In this document: positions 1-11,100 of the stretch, one piece after another
Numbering within the stretch: the stretch's first letter is position 1
Layout of the letters: each line of letters opens with the position of its first letter
Source: Escherichia phage vB-EcoP-XT18
Sequence record: OR757434.1
Direction: 5' to 3' (one strand)
DNA length: 64,000 nucleotides
The notes under the pieces: model-generated
Told to the model about the DNA's origin: nothing
The model's input: the letters and a program-made list of their open reading frames with translations, nothing else
Database searches by the model: none
Translations under genes and position numbers: made by a program

Positions 1-18
1 ATCATCTTTTGTAATGGT

Positions 19-213
19 GTGCAGAAGGATGAGGTTTGTCGACAGTTAGGTTTCTTTGTAGATATCTGGATTGACGATTTCCCTGTTGGAATCCCCAAAA
101 AGGACCACCTAGATGGTATGCTGAAGGGTGTAAGACTTAATGACCTTAGGGCAGCACCTCCTGTAGAAATAGCCGCTCCTGTGTACTCTGAAGAGCCTCT
201 GGTGATTCGATGA
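19..213 (+). CDS. hypothetical protein
   Basis: ORF at window edge in co-directional gene block; true start may lie upstream of window; no motif recognised. Confidence 0.25.
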   Translation: MQKDEVCRQLGFFVDIWIDDFPVGIPKKDHLDGMLKGVRLNDLRAAPPVEIAAPVYSEEPLVIR

Positions 214-352
214 AAAAGTATAGTGTATGGTTTAACGAGGTAGAAGAAGGTTTTGATGAAGTTGGTGGATGGGTTAATATCCTAAACACTGATGATATAG
301 AAGAGGCCGAGAAGTGCGCCCTAAACTATAACTCTGGATATTATGAAAGAAA

Positions 353-595
353 TTGGGAATACGAGGAAGAAGTATGATTTGGATTCACACTTATAGAATT
401 GGAAAGAAAGGGCTTACTACTGTTCACACATCTGAAGACAGTGCTAAAGCATCTCAGGCTGTACTGAAAGGAAAGATCACACCTTATGTAGTCGCTGAAG
501 AAAAGAAAAGTCCTCCGGTTCTAGAATATCTAGGAACAGGTAAGGCTTACACAGCACTGGATGTTATTAACAACAAACAAGGAGATGTGGTGTAA
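353..595 (+). CDS. hypothetical small protein
   Basis: ORF in compact + strand block; no motif recognised. Confidence 0.25.
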   Translation: MGIRGRSMIWIHTYRIGKKGLTTVHTSEDSAKASQAVLKGKITPYVVAEEKKSPPVLEYLGTGKAYTALDVINNKQGDVV

Positions 596-799
596 AATGG
601 AATACATTGATAAATACTCAAGTGAAGATTCAAAAGACGCTGAAGTTTTGTTCGTACTGAAAACAGACTGTTTAGAACATGGACAGCTTATCAACTTTAT
701 TGAATTGGCAAAACTTAAAGAAGAAATTGATCAACTATACAGTGATGAGCAATCCAGATTACTTTCCTTGTCCCTGCTAGGTGACTTAACCTGTGATGG

Positions 800-1282
800 T
801 TGCATGATATGATAGAAGATCTTCTGGATGAGTTCTTTGTTTGTGATTTATCATCTGGGAAAGTGTTCTGGAGAATTCACAACGGAACAAAATGCAGGCG
901 GGGTGACGAGGCAGGAACTTCAAAAAAGGATGGAAGAGTGCTTATTCGATTGAAAGGAAGAGCCATTTACAGATACCACATCATTTGGTATTTTGCTAAT
1001 GGTGTTTTACCTAAAGATCAAATAGATCACATTGATCGAAACCCTTCCAACGATTCCATAGGCAACCTTAGAGAAGTTAACAACGAGAATAATTCTTGGA
1101 ACAAGGGTTTGAACTCTAACAACACATCAGGAGCTAAGGGCGTATACCTCAATTCAAGAGGGAAGTACATAGCCAACATACATATTAGAGGTAAAACTAA
1201 ATACCTAGGAACTTTCTCAACCCTAGAGGAAGCCGTCTCTGTTAGAAACAGAGCGGAGGAAGATCATAAATTAACTACCTAA
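800..1282 (+). CDS. HNH homing endonuclease with AP2-like DNA-binding segment
   Basis: HNH-type segment IDHIDRNPSNDSIGNLREV plus C-terminal GVYLNSRGKYIANIHIRGKTKYLGTFSTLEEA resembling AP2 domains of phage homing endonucleases. Confidence 0.55.
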   Translation: MHDMIEDLLDEFFVCDLSSGKVFWRIHNGTKCRRGDEAGTSKKDGRVLIRLKGRAIYRYHIIWYFANGVLPKDQIDHIDRNPSNDSIGNLREVNNENNSWNKGLNSNNTSGAKGVYLNSRGKYIANIHIRGKTKYLGTFSTLEEAVSVRNRAEEDHKLTT

Positions 1283-1291
1283 GAGGTCTTT

Positions 1292-1930
1292 ATGGCTGAA
1301 GTTTATTTTGCAGGAGATGGTCACTTAGGCCATCGAAACATCTGTAGTTTTCGTAAGCAATTTAAAAACATCGAAGAACATGACAAAGCAATTCTGGCTG
1401 CTTTTGACCACGTAACCAAACGTGATAAAGTTTTCTTTACCGGTGATTGGGTGTTTGAAAAGTATGCCCTTGACATCATCGCTGAAGTTAGAGGAGAGAA
1501 GCATCTGGTCTTAGGAAATCATGACAGATTAGAACTTCTCCCTGATATGATGAAAGTCTTCCGTAGAATCTCTGGTGACTTTAAATATAAAGAGTTTTGG
1601 GTAACTCATATTCCTATTCACTCTGATGAAATGAGAGGAAAGTATAATATCTATGCTCATACTCATAATTCTACTATCAGAGATTGGAGATACTTTTGTA
1701 CTTCTATGGAACAGATTGATTACAGAGCTGTGTCTCTGCAAGAAATTCGTAAAGAGTTCGCTGCAAGAAAAAGCATTTTAGAAACTACATTATTTCCAGT
1801 GGGAGATAAAAGTAGAGAGCAATTGGATGAAATCCGAAAGAAGATTCAATTAGAATCTCAAGCAGAATCTAACTTACTTTTTCAGAGAACAGTAGAACAA
1901 ACTAGTTTTAAAGGTCTTTTAGAATGGTAG
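1292..1930 (+). CDS. calcineurin-like metallophosphoesterase
   Basis: Metal-ligand motifs GDGHLGH, FFTGDW, LGNHD, HTH in canonical order. Confidence 0.6.
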   Translation: MAEVYFAGDGHLGHRNICSFRKQFKNIEEHDKAILAAFDHVTKRDKVFFTGDWVFEKYALDIIAEVRGEKHLVLGNHDRLELLPDMMKVFRRISGDFKYKEFWVTHIPIHSDEMRGKYNIYAHTHNSTIRDWRYFCTSMEQIDYRAVSLQEIRKEFAARKSILETTLFPVGDKSREQLDEIRKKIQLESQAESNLLFQRTVEQTSFKGLLEW

Positions 1931-2196
1931 AAGTTATTGTTTTAAGTTAAGTTTTCTTTTGATTTTAATAGAGAATCAAAGTCCTAGGAGTCCTCAACCT
2001 AAATCAAGGATTTCCTCAATTCTCTATTTTTATCTCGCAGGTGTCTCCTGCCCTTCGGTACTTGCAAGGGTTACGATGATTGCCCAATATACAAGCCTGC
2101 AATAGCTTTACTAGCTATACAATATATACATTACTAGTGTGTTATATCTACTACCAAAGATACTTATATTATATAGTACCCTTATCGGTATAAGCG

Positions 2197-2205
2197 TAAT
2201 GTATA
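2197..2205 (+). promoter_or_regulatory. TAATGTATA motif (putative phage-sigma-dependent promoter element)
   Basis: Exact 9-mer about 60 nt upstream of the 2264 ATG; same or near-identical 9-mer recurs upstream of other genes. Confidence 0.3.
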
Positions 2206-2263
2206 CTATACATAACCGCTCAAAGAGAGCAACAATCTTTCAAATTAAATAAGGAAATTAATA

Positions 2264-3010
2264 ATGAGCATGATCCCAACTATCGCAACTTCTTCTCGTA
2301 AATCCAACTACGATATTATCCCTGATGGTGAATATGAAGCACGTATCGTTCGTGTAGTAGGTTTGGGTGTTCACAATCGTGATCCTTGGGTTGACCCGAA
2401 GACCAAAGCAGTAACTCCTAAGAATCCAGCTTTCCGTATGGATTTGGCTTTCGAGCTGATTGGTGTTGATGCTACTGGTAAAGATTCCGATGGTAAGGCA
2501 TTAGAACCACGTCCTGCTTGCCAGTTCAAGAGTTATGATGTAAACCCACGAGCTAAGAACTCTGGTATTCTTGATCTCTGCAAGATGATTGACCCAAGCA
2601 TTCAAGCACTGAAAGGTGATCTGTCTTGGTTTAAGGATGTGTTGTTAGGTCAGCCTGTTAACATTCTGGTTAACTCCTACACTAACAAAGCTGGTGAAGT
2701 TAAAAACTCCATCAAGACCATTTCTCCAATCCCAACCAAATATCGTGCAGCAGTTGGTGAAGCTCGCAGTCCTCTGGTATTCTTCGAACCGTATGCGGAA
2801 ACCGATGAGAACGTAGCATCCTATCAACTGATGTTCCCGTTCCAGCGCAACCTGCTTACTCAAGCTAATGACGCTAAGAACATGCCTCTGGCTGGTCGTG
2901 AAATTACTCGTGCTTCTGAAACAGAGCAGAAAGAAGCTACTCCTTCAATCCCTACGATTGATAAAGAGCCTGCTTCTACTTATGAAGATGACAACGACAG
3001 CCCATTCTGA
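2264..3010 (+). CDS. putative ssDNA-binding protein
   Basis: Strong RBS aaggaaattaataATG; acidic C-terminal tail YEDDNDSPF resembling SSB C-termini; followed by strong terminator. Confidence 0.45.
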   Translation: MSMIPTIATSSRKSNYDIIPDGEYEARIVRVVGLGVHNRDPWVDPKTKAVTPKNPAFRMDLAFELIGVDATGKDSDGKALEPRPACQFKSYDVNPRAKNSGILDLCKMIDPSIQALKGDLSWFKDVLLGQPVNILVNSYTNKAGEVKNSIKTISPIPTKYRAAVGEARSPLVFFEPYAETDENVASYQLMFPFQRNLLTQANDAKNMPLAGREITRASETEQKEATPSIPTIDKEPASTYEDDNDSPF

Positions 3011-3031
3011 TAACTCTCCTTGTTATAGCTT

Positions 3032-3055
3032 AGCCACCTTCGGGTGGCTTTTTTC
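3032..3055 (+). terminator. rho-independent terminator
   Basis: agccacc-ttcg-ggtggct hairpin followed by TTTTTT. Confidence 0.7.
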
Positions 3056-3067
3056 GTTGGAGTCAAT

Positions 3068-3418
3068 ATGCAAAGCACTTTAAGTGATAATCTAGGATTT
3101 GTTATCTTCTCTGCTCTGGTGTTCTTTGGTGGTATGAAGTTTAATGAGTACAGAACAGACAGTAACAATCTGGATAAAGAAAAGCATCAACAAGAGTTAG
3201 AGATTGAAAGAAGTAAGGCAGCTGATGAAGTTGCTCAGAGAGTTCTTACCGGTTTATCCAACTGGAAGAAGAACACGGAAACCGTTTATAAAGAGATGCA
3301 TTATGAGAAAACTAAACCAGTTTTTTATAATGTCTGCGCTAGTGATGACTACATCCGCATGTTCAACGAGCGACAGCAGCAGGCAATCGATGCCCTTACC
3401 AACAAACCTAAAAGCTGA
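3068..3418 (+). CDS. putative i-spanin (Rz-like): N-terminal TM helix plus charged coiled-coil
   Basis: Start chosen at internal ATG with GGAG RBS (track ORF 3044..3418); hydrophobic LGFVIFSALVFFGG then EKHQQELEIERSKAADEVAQ. Confidence 0.35.
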   Translation: MQSTLSDNLGFVIFSALVFFGGMKFNEYRTDSNNLDKEKHQQELEIERSKAADEVAQRVLTGLSNWKKNTETVYKEMHYEKTKPVFYNVCASDDYIRMFNERQQQAIDALTNKPKS

Positions 3419-3559
3419 ATGTAGGGTTGACCTGCCTCTTTTAGAGAGTGCTCAAGGAAAGGCACTAGCCACTACGTTGGAGTGGTATCAGGACCAGTAC
3501 ACAGAATGTGCTGCTAATCACAATGGATTGTTAGAAGCTCTGAAAGAGCGTGGAGTAGA

Positions 3560-3563
<4 letters not shown>
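3330..3563 (+). CDS. putative o-spanin (Rz1-like lipoprotein) overlapping in +1 frame
   Basis: MSALVMTTSAC lipobox-like signal (TSAC) then Pro-containing periplasmic segment; overlaps 3' end of upstream gene as in overlapped spanin pairs. Confidence 0.3.
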
Positions 3564-5049
<1,486 letters not shown>

Positions 5050-5059
<10 letters not shown>

Positions 5060-5664
5060 GTAATGAGCCTAAACCTTTAGTAGTAATTCTTAATGGGCCT
5101 CCGGGTTGTGGTAAGGATACGATAGCTGAGGAGTGGTTACTAAAATCCCACATTGCGTCTTATTCTCGTTATATTAAATCATTTAAAGAGCCTATGTACA
5201 AAGTCGCCTCCGCAGCATTAGGTTTGAACTTGGAGGATTTTCTGGAGTTTTATAAAGATCGAAACTGGAAAGAAAAACCTAGGCCTGAATGGGGAGGTAG
5301 GTCTGTCAGAGATTTAATGATTTCCACAAGTGAAGATTACTTAAAACCTATGTTTGGTAAGAACTACATGGGAACCCAAGCAGTAAATAGTATCAAGTCA
5401 GAAGGAAGGAATCACAATGATGTTATCCTGTTTACTGATGGTGGGTTTGAAGCAGAGGTGAGAGAGCTAGAAAAGTCTTTCAATGTAGTAGTAGTTCAAG
5501 TTCACAGGAATGGTTGTGATTTTTCTGGAGATTCTAGGAATTATATTGAAGGGGAGCAGTTAGAAACTTGTACATTATCCAACAATCGAACTATTTCGGA
5601 AGCTCGGTACTACTTGGATTGGATTATAGCTGAAAATAGAGATAAAGTTTATGGAAGAAGTTAA
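5050..5664 (+). CDS. P-loop kinase (dNMP kinase-like)
   Basis: Walker A LNGPPGCGKDT near N-terminus; size and context fit nucleotide or polynucleotide kinase. Confidence 0.45.
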
Positions 5665-6469
5665 GCTCCCTGAAGTAGCTATAGTGGATGCTGACGTTCT
5701 TCGATATGAAGTGGGTGCTCTTACTCAGGAGCATCCCTTCCTTGACACAGGACGTGTTCCAGTTGATTACAATTTCATGATTGAACGACTTCAGTACAAG
5801 ATAGATACTATAATTGCTCGATCAGGTTGCAGTAAGGTTGTGTTCTACTTCAGCGAAGGTGGTAACTTCCGTTTCGATGTTGCTAAGCAGCAAGACTACA
5901 AAGCAAACAGACCTCCCGGAGAAAGACCTTTCCACTGGCAAAACGTTGGTGATTACATTAAAGGTAAGTATGAATACATAGATGTATTTGGGAGAGAGGC
6001 TGATGATGCACTAGCTGAAAGGCAACGTAGGGATAAGAACACTATCATCTGTACTAGAGACAAGGATTTGTTGATAACTCCCGGATGGCACTACCGTTGG
6101 GCTTGTGGAGAAAGACAGAAAGAAGTTCCTCCTCACTATGTATCTGATTTAGTTTCATGGCAAAACTTCTTCTATCAGATGCTGATTGGAGATGGTACAG
6201 ATAATATCCCCGGATGTGGAGAACGTAAAGAAGTTATGTGGGGCGGTAAGCTTCAGCTTCGACGTCAAGGTGTTGGGAAGAAGGCAGCAGCTAATCTATT
6301 GGCTGGTGTTACAGATAAGTGGACCATGTATCATATAGTACGAATGGAATATTATAAGAGATTTGACATTGAAGATGAAGAGAAGATGCTTGAAAATGCT
6401 CGTCTGCTCTTTGTTGGTCAGACTCCGGAAGACCTGTTCGACTGGACATGGTTAAACAAATCTTGGTAA
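5651..6469 (+). CDS. 5'-3' exonuclease / flap endonuclease
   Basis: LIGDGTDNIPG...GKKAAANLL H3TH-type motif typical of Pol I-family 5' nucleases; acidic clusters DAD, EADD. Confidence 0.7.
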   Translation: MEEVKLPEVAIVDADVLRYEVGALTQEHPFLDTGRVPVDYNFMIERLQYKIDTIIARSGCSKVVFYFSEGGNFRFDVAKQQDYKANRPPGERPFHWQNVGDYIKGKYEYIDVFGREADDALAERQRRDKNTIICTRDKDLLITPGWHYRWACGERQKEVPPHYVSDLVSWQNFFYQMLIGDGTDNIPGCGERKEVMWGGKLQLRRQGVGKKAAANLLAGVTDKWTMYHIVRMEYYKRFDIEDEEKMLENARLLFVGQTPEDLFDWTWLNKSW

Positions 6470-6482
6470 TAAGGATATTATA

Positions 6483-6674
6483 ATGGGTAAATTTGATTAT
6501 CGTTCATATGATGAAAACTCCTCCAATCGTGAATCTCGTAAAGAGCAGCGTATTAAATACAGTCATGAATTAGGAAATCGCTATATTAAAGAAAAGCGTG
6601 AAAAAGTATCACATCGAGTAGATAAACGTGTATGGGAAGAAGATGATATGAGTATAGGTTATGGCGAAGGCTGA
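6483..6674 (+). CDS. hypothetical small basic protein
   Basis: ORF with RBS in compact block. Confidence 0.3.
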   Translation: MGKFDYRSYDENSSNRESRKEQRIKYSHELGNRYIKEKREKVSHRVDKRVWEEDDMSIGYGEG

Positions 6675-7062
6675 GAAGACACGCTGTAGTGGAATGTGGA
6701 CTGAAGCTCGTTACAACTCTTTCATCAAGTCAGGGATTCGTTCTCTGACTAGAAAGTGGAAGCCCATGTTCGATGCACTAGCAGACGCCAAGACAGAGCA
6801 GAAGGTTAATCCAAAGACAGGAAGACTGGCAATGCACTTTAAGTGTGCCATGTGTGGTTCTGACCACCCTGTAAAGGATATGGCTATTGACCACATAGAG
6901 CCTATAGTTCCTCTTGACCATGAAGCAACTTGGGATGAAATCATCTCTCGTGCTCTGTGTGAGAAAGAAGGTTTTCAGGTTCTGTGTAAAGACCCTTGTC
7001 ATAAGATTAAAACAAAAGAAGAGAATGATGCAAGAAAACAATTCAAAAAAGGAAATGAGTGA
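6661..7062 (+). CDS. HNH endonuclease
   Basis: CAMCGSDHP ... IDHIEPI ... LCKDPCH metal/HNH motif set. Confidence 0.5.
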   Translation: MAKAEKTRCSGMWTEARYNSFIKSGIRSLTRKWKPMFDALADAKTEQKVNPKTGRLAMHFKCAMCGSDHPVKDMAIDHIEPIVPLDHEATWDEIISRALCEKEGFQVLCKDPCHKIKTKEENDARKQFKKGNE

Positions 7063-7282
7063 TGATCAAAAATCTACGCAACAAGTGCTTCGCTTTCGCT
7101 ATCGCAATTGGAGAGGCGAGGTTGCTGACCGGTCCGTTATTCCACTCCGAACCTCCGTTGCTAGCTCCCGTTTTCATAACGGTGGCAAACCTTGTTGGAT
7201 TATGACAGCGATAGATATAGAGAAAGATGAGATTCGAGAGTTCAAACTCTCTGACATTATTCAGTATTACGATTTAATCTAG
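7055..7282 (+). CDS. hypothetical small protein
   Basis: ATG with AAGGA RBS overlapping stop of upstream HNH gene (ATGAGTGA); downstream portion of track ORF 6914..7282. Confidence 0.3.
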   Translation: MSDDQKSTQQVLRFRYRNWRGEVADRSVIPLRTSVASSRFHNGGKPCWIMTAIDIEKDEIREFKLSDIIQYYDLI

Positions 7283-7719
7283 GAACTGACATGATCACAC
7301 AAGCAGATAAAAATAAACTCTTCGACTTAATCCACGATCTATTAGAAGCTCAGAGCTTTATTGATAATGTCGAGACTTGGGAGATGGAAGCAGCTGGAAA
7401 AGCTTTTGATGAAAGCGAAGAGAAACTTACTAATTTTATAAACACAATCTAGGAGGGTGTATGAATGAAGGAGTTGTTATTCTTGGCAGTAAATCAGATT
7501 GGTTCTACGGAGGCATCTCAGGATGCTTTGAAGATGAACATCCAGACTTCTGAAGAGAATTGGGATGTATGACGAATTTGATGGTTTTTGAAAAGATAAA
7601 ACAGAGCAAAATTGATATGATGAAAAAGTTCAAAGCGGCTTATGATAAAGCTGTTAAAGAAGGAACTATCACTTACAAGAAAATCTAGAAATAAATAAAG
7701 CCCCTTCCAAGGAGGATTA

Positions 7720-8085
7720 ATGGGAACATGGAGGTTTAGAAAAACAGAGCCATCTAATGTTCGTGGTCTTTGTGTTTTGTGCAACAAGAACCCTCAGAAA
7801 TCAAAGGGTGGTGGAAAGTTTGCACCCTTGTGCTCTCCTTGTAATAAAAGAGAGTATGAGAATATGGATGCACACAGAGAGCGTACTAGAAGGTATAAAT
7901 CACCATATGTAGACTTTAAGAAAGAAGTGTGCGAGATGTGCGGTTTCATCCCTAAACACACTTGCCAATTAGATGTAGATCACATAAATGGTAACCACAA
8001 AGATAACAGAGAAGAAAACCTTCAAACACTTTGTGCGAACTGTCACAGACTGAAAACGTTTACCAATAAAGATTGGGGACGTTAA
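7720..8085 (+). CDS. HNH endonuclease
   Basis: CVLCNK ... CSPCNK ... DVDHINGNHKDNREENLQTLCANCH classical HNH signature. Confidence 0.6.
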   Translation: MGTWRFRKTEPSNVRGLCVLCNKNPQKSKGGGKFAPLCSPCNKREYENMDAHRERTRRYKSPYVDFKKEVCEMCGFIPKHTCQLDVDHINGNHKDNREENLQTLCANCHRLKTFTNKDWGR

Positions 8086-8092
8086 ATAATAA

Positions 8093-8128
8093 AGCCCTCT
8101 TGGATTTCTCCTTGAGGGCTTTTCTTTT
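8093..8128. terminator. bidirectional rho-independent terminator between convergent modules
   Basis: agccctc ... gagggct hairpin flanked by TTTCTTTT on + strand and a T/A-rich run on - strand. Confidence 0.6.
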
Positions 8129-8129
8129 A

Positions 8130-11100
8130 TCACTCCTTAGGTCGAACTCTTACACGGAGTCTCGATTGACGCTTACTGCGTTCAAGCTTCTCTGACAATG
8201 AGCCACGTTTAATCTTCGGCTTCCCTTCGTCATTAAACTTCTCCAAGAACTGCAAGTACTCAGTACGATTCGTTGTCTTGTAAGAAGGAATCTTAACATC
8301 AGGGTTCTCTTCAATCACACGTCTCATCTTCGCTACATCATCCCTGCCAAGCAACTTACTCTTAGCCTGTTCAGCTGTAGAACCAAAGATCTTCTCCAGT
8401 GCTCTGGATTTGTTACCACCTGCGGAAGAAGCACCAAGTTTAGCAATAGCAGAATAATCATCAGCACTAAACCAAGCTACCGGATTATCGCCATACTTCT
8501 TCTTGTTTTCAGCAGCAGTCTGCAATGCACGTACAAAGCGACGGTTGTTACCAGCCTTATCTGCACCATGAACCCTGTCTAAAACTTCAGCCACACTAGC
8601 TAACTCATCCAAGCTCTTCCCACTCAAGAAAGCTTTCTCTACTTTATCAGCAAAGACTTCTTCCTGCTGCTTAATACTTTCCAAGATATCAGAATTTGCT
8701 TGAGATTTTTCATCGTCAGGCAGAGCAGAACGAATCTTCTCCATCTCCATCTCTTCCTCTTGCAGTTTCTTAATATCAGAGTCAACCTTCTGAGCTTCCT
8801 CAATAGCCTTCCTAGTATCCGAATCCAAATTATCAATCTTACCTTCAGTATCTCCAGTAACCTTAACAATCTCTTTCTCGATAGGAGTCATTGATTCGTA
8901 CTTCTTAGCAAACTTCTCAACATCAGCCTCGATACGAGAACGAGCATTCTGATGTTCAGTTGGAGTCATAGGCTTCTCAAGAAGTGCATAACGGTTATCC
9001 ATGTAGGAACCAGCAAACGCTTCAGCATCCTCTCTAGATATGCCCTTATCTTCCATAGTACGCACCAGACGGCGATGAATGTCATCACGTTGACGTTGTA
9101 CTGCCATAAGGTCATTCTCACGCTCTTGGGCCGCTTTAAGCTCTTCACTGCGCTTAACTCTCTTGTCCACATCAAACTTACGGTTCATCTCTTCCGCTTG
9201 CTCATACATCTTGTTCCACTTGGCCTGACGAGCATCTTCCTCTGCATCAGTTAAACGACGCTGACGATCAAGGTAATCTGACTCGGCGTTGTGGATACGT
9301 TCAATGTAACTACGGAACTTCTCTGGAGGAACTGGAGAGTTCTTGTCATGGTGAGCAGCCAACTGTTTCAATGTACGAGATTCCTGAGCCTCACGAACAG
9401 GTTTAGGTAAACCTTCCATCATCTTCTCAATCTCACTCTTCTGAGCTGCAATAGCCTCTAGAGTTTTACGTTCATTCTCAACAGCAGCCTTAGCATCTGA
9501 ACGAGCCTGAGCTTTGTTTTTCAGAGTGGCAAGACGTTCTTCACGAGCCTGTAAATGCTTAGCAGCAGCTTCATACTGAGAGTTCTTGTTAGCTTTGTTG
9601 AAGGCATTCACTTCTCTGTTATAGGTGTTAATAAACCCATCCCAAACATCCTTCATCTGACCAACTTCCAAAGCCTCTTCTCTACCAGCCTTCTCTGAAG
9701 ATTTAAACTTCCCATCTACATAATCATTCATCAGCTTACGCATAGCATCTTTCTGAGCAGGACGTAAAGGTTCTGAATCAATCAAAGTGTCAATCTCAGA
9801 CTGAAGCTCTTTCTTCTGGTCAACCAGTTTAGGAGCATCTTTCTTATCAAAAGCTTTGTTCTCTTCTAGAGCTTGTTGATACAGTCTATCAAACTCATCC
9901 TCACGCTGCTTCTGATACAATCTTTCAGCACGACGTTTCAGACTATCCAAGTTAGTAACGTTCCCACCTAAACCTTTCTCTTCAGCACGTAATGCCTTAG
10001 TAGCAATATCTTCTGGCAGACCACGTTCCTTAACCCATTCAGCAAAATTAGTTCGTACAGTGTTGTTCTTAGCAGTAGCAATACCTTGCTGAGAAGACAA
10101 CTGGTTACGAGCCATTTCTTCATGACGTTCAGTGTTGATAGCATTATCTTCCTGACGAATACGACGCATCAATTCCTTAGGATCACCTTTATAAGCCAAG
10201 AAGTTTTCAGCAGTAGCTTTAGCCTTAGCAGCCTTAGAGTACAGAGAACGAGCAAAGCGTTCTGCACGATCTTTAGTAGCCTGACGAGCAGCACTAGACA
10301 TAGCAGCTAAACGTTCTACACCACTTGCCGGTTTAACGTCCTGTACAGCTTCCTTAGGAGCTTTAGGAGCACGGGCAGGTAATGGCTCAGCTTTGACTGT
10401 TGGTTCCTCTACGGTTGGTTCTGGAGCCTGTGCGGCCTCTTCTTGAGCACGTTGCTGTTCCATTGCACGACGTTCCTCTAAAGGGTTACGAGCAGGGAGA
10501 GGTTCAGCCTGTGGAGCTTGTTCGACCGGAGCTTCTTGAGCCTGTGCTGCCTCTTCTTCAGCGCGACGCTGTTCAGCCTGACGGATAGCACGTCTTTGCG
10601 CAACTAAATCACGAGCTGTAAGAGGGGTTTCTTGAGGAGCAGAAGAAGAAAGATTTTCTTCCGTCACAGTACTAGAAGAAGGCTCCCGAACCGGTTCGGT
10701 TTCTACGTCATTTTGCGTCTTAAATTTAATGTCACCAACAACTGGTTCTTCTTCCATTTTAGCACGAGCTTCATCAGCAGTAGACTTAGCACGAGCAACT
10801 TCCAAATCACCACGAGCCAGAGAGCGGATAGCTTCACTGTTAGATTCTTGTTGCTTAACACGTTGAGAGCGAGCACGCTGAGAAGAGAAGCGATTCAGAG
10901 CATACTTAGCAGCACCGAGTGTGTTCATAACCAGACTAGGAGAAGAAGCCTCACGGAATCCATCATCAGTCAGGGACGTCCAACCACGGTCTTGGTTGCT
11001 CATGAACTTAGCTGTATTATTCAGAGTGTAAGCATCTTGAATAGGATTAAAACCTTCAGGCATACCTTTCAGTTTCTTCAACCCACCAATAGCTTTCTTC

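Noticed and set aside
1967-2028. 10-bp inverted repeat aatagagaat ... attctctatt flanking 42 bp downstream of the phosphoesterase gene
   Set aside because: The arms are AT-rich and widely spaced, so any stem is weak; it could be a terminator or operator but the evidence is insufficient.
6914-7282. Long 122-aa ORF overlapping the 3' half of the HNH gene 6661..7062
   Set aside because: The upstream part is out-of-frame overlap with a motif-supported HNH gene; only the portion from ATG 7055 with its own RBS was kept.
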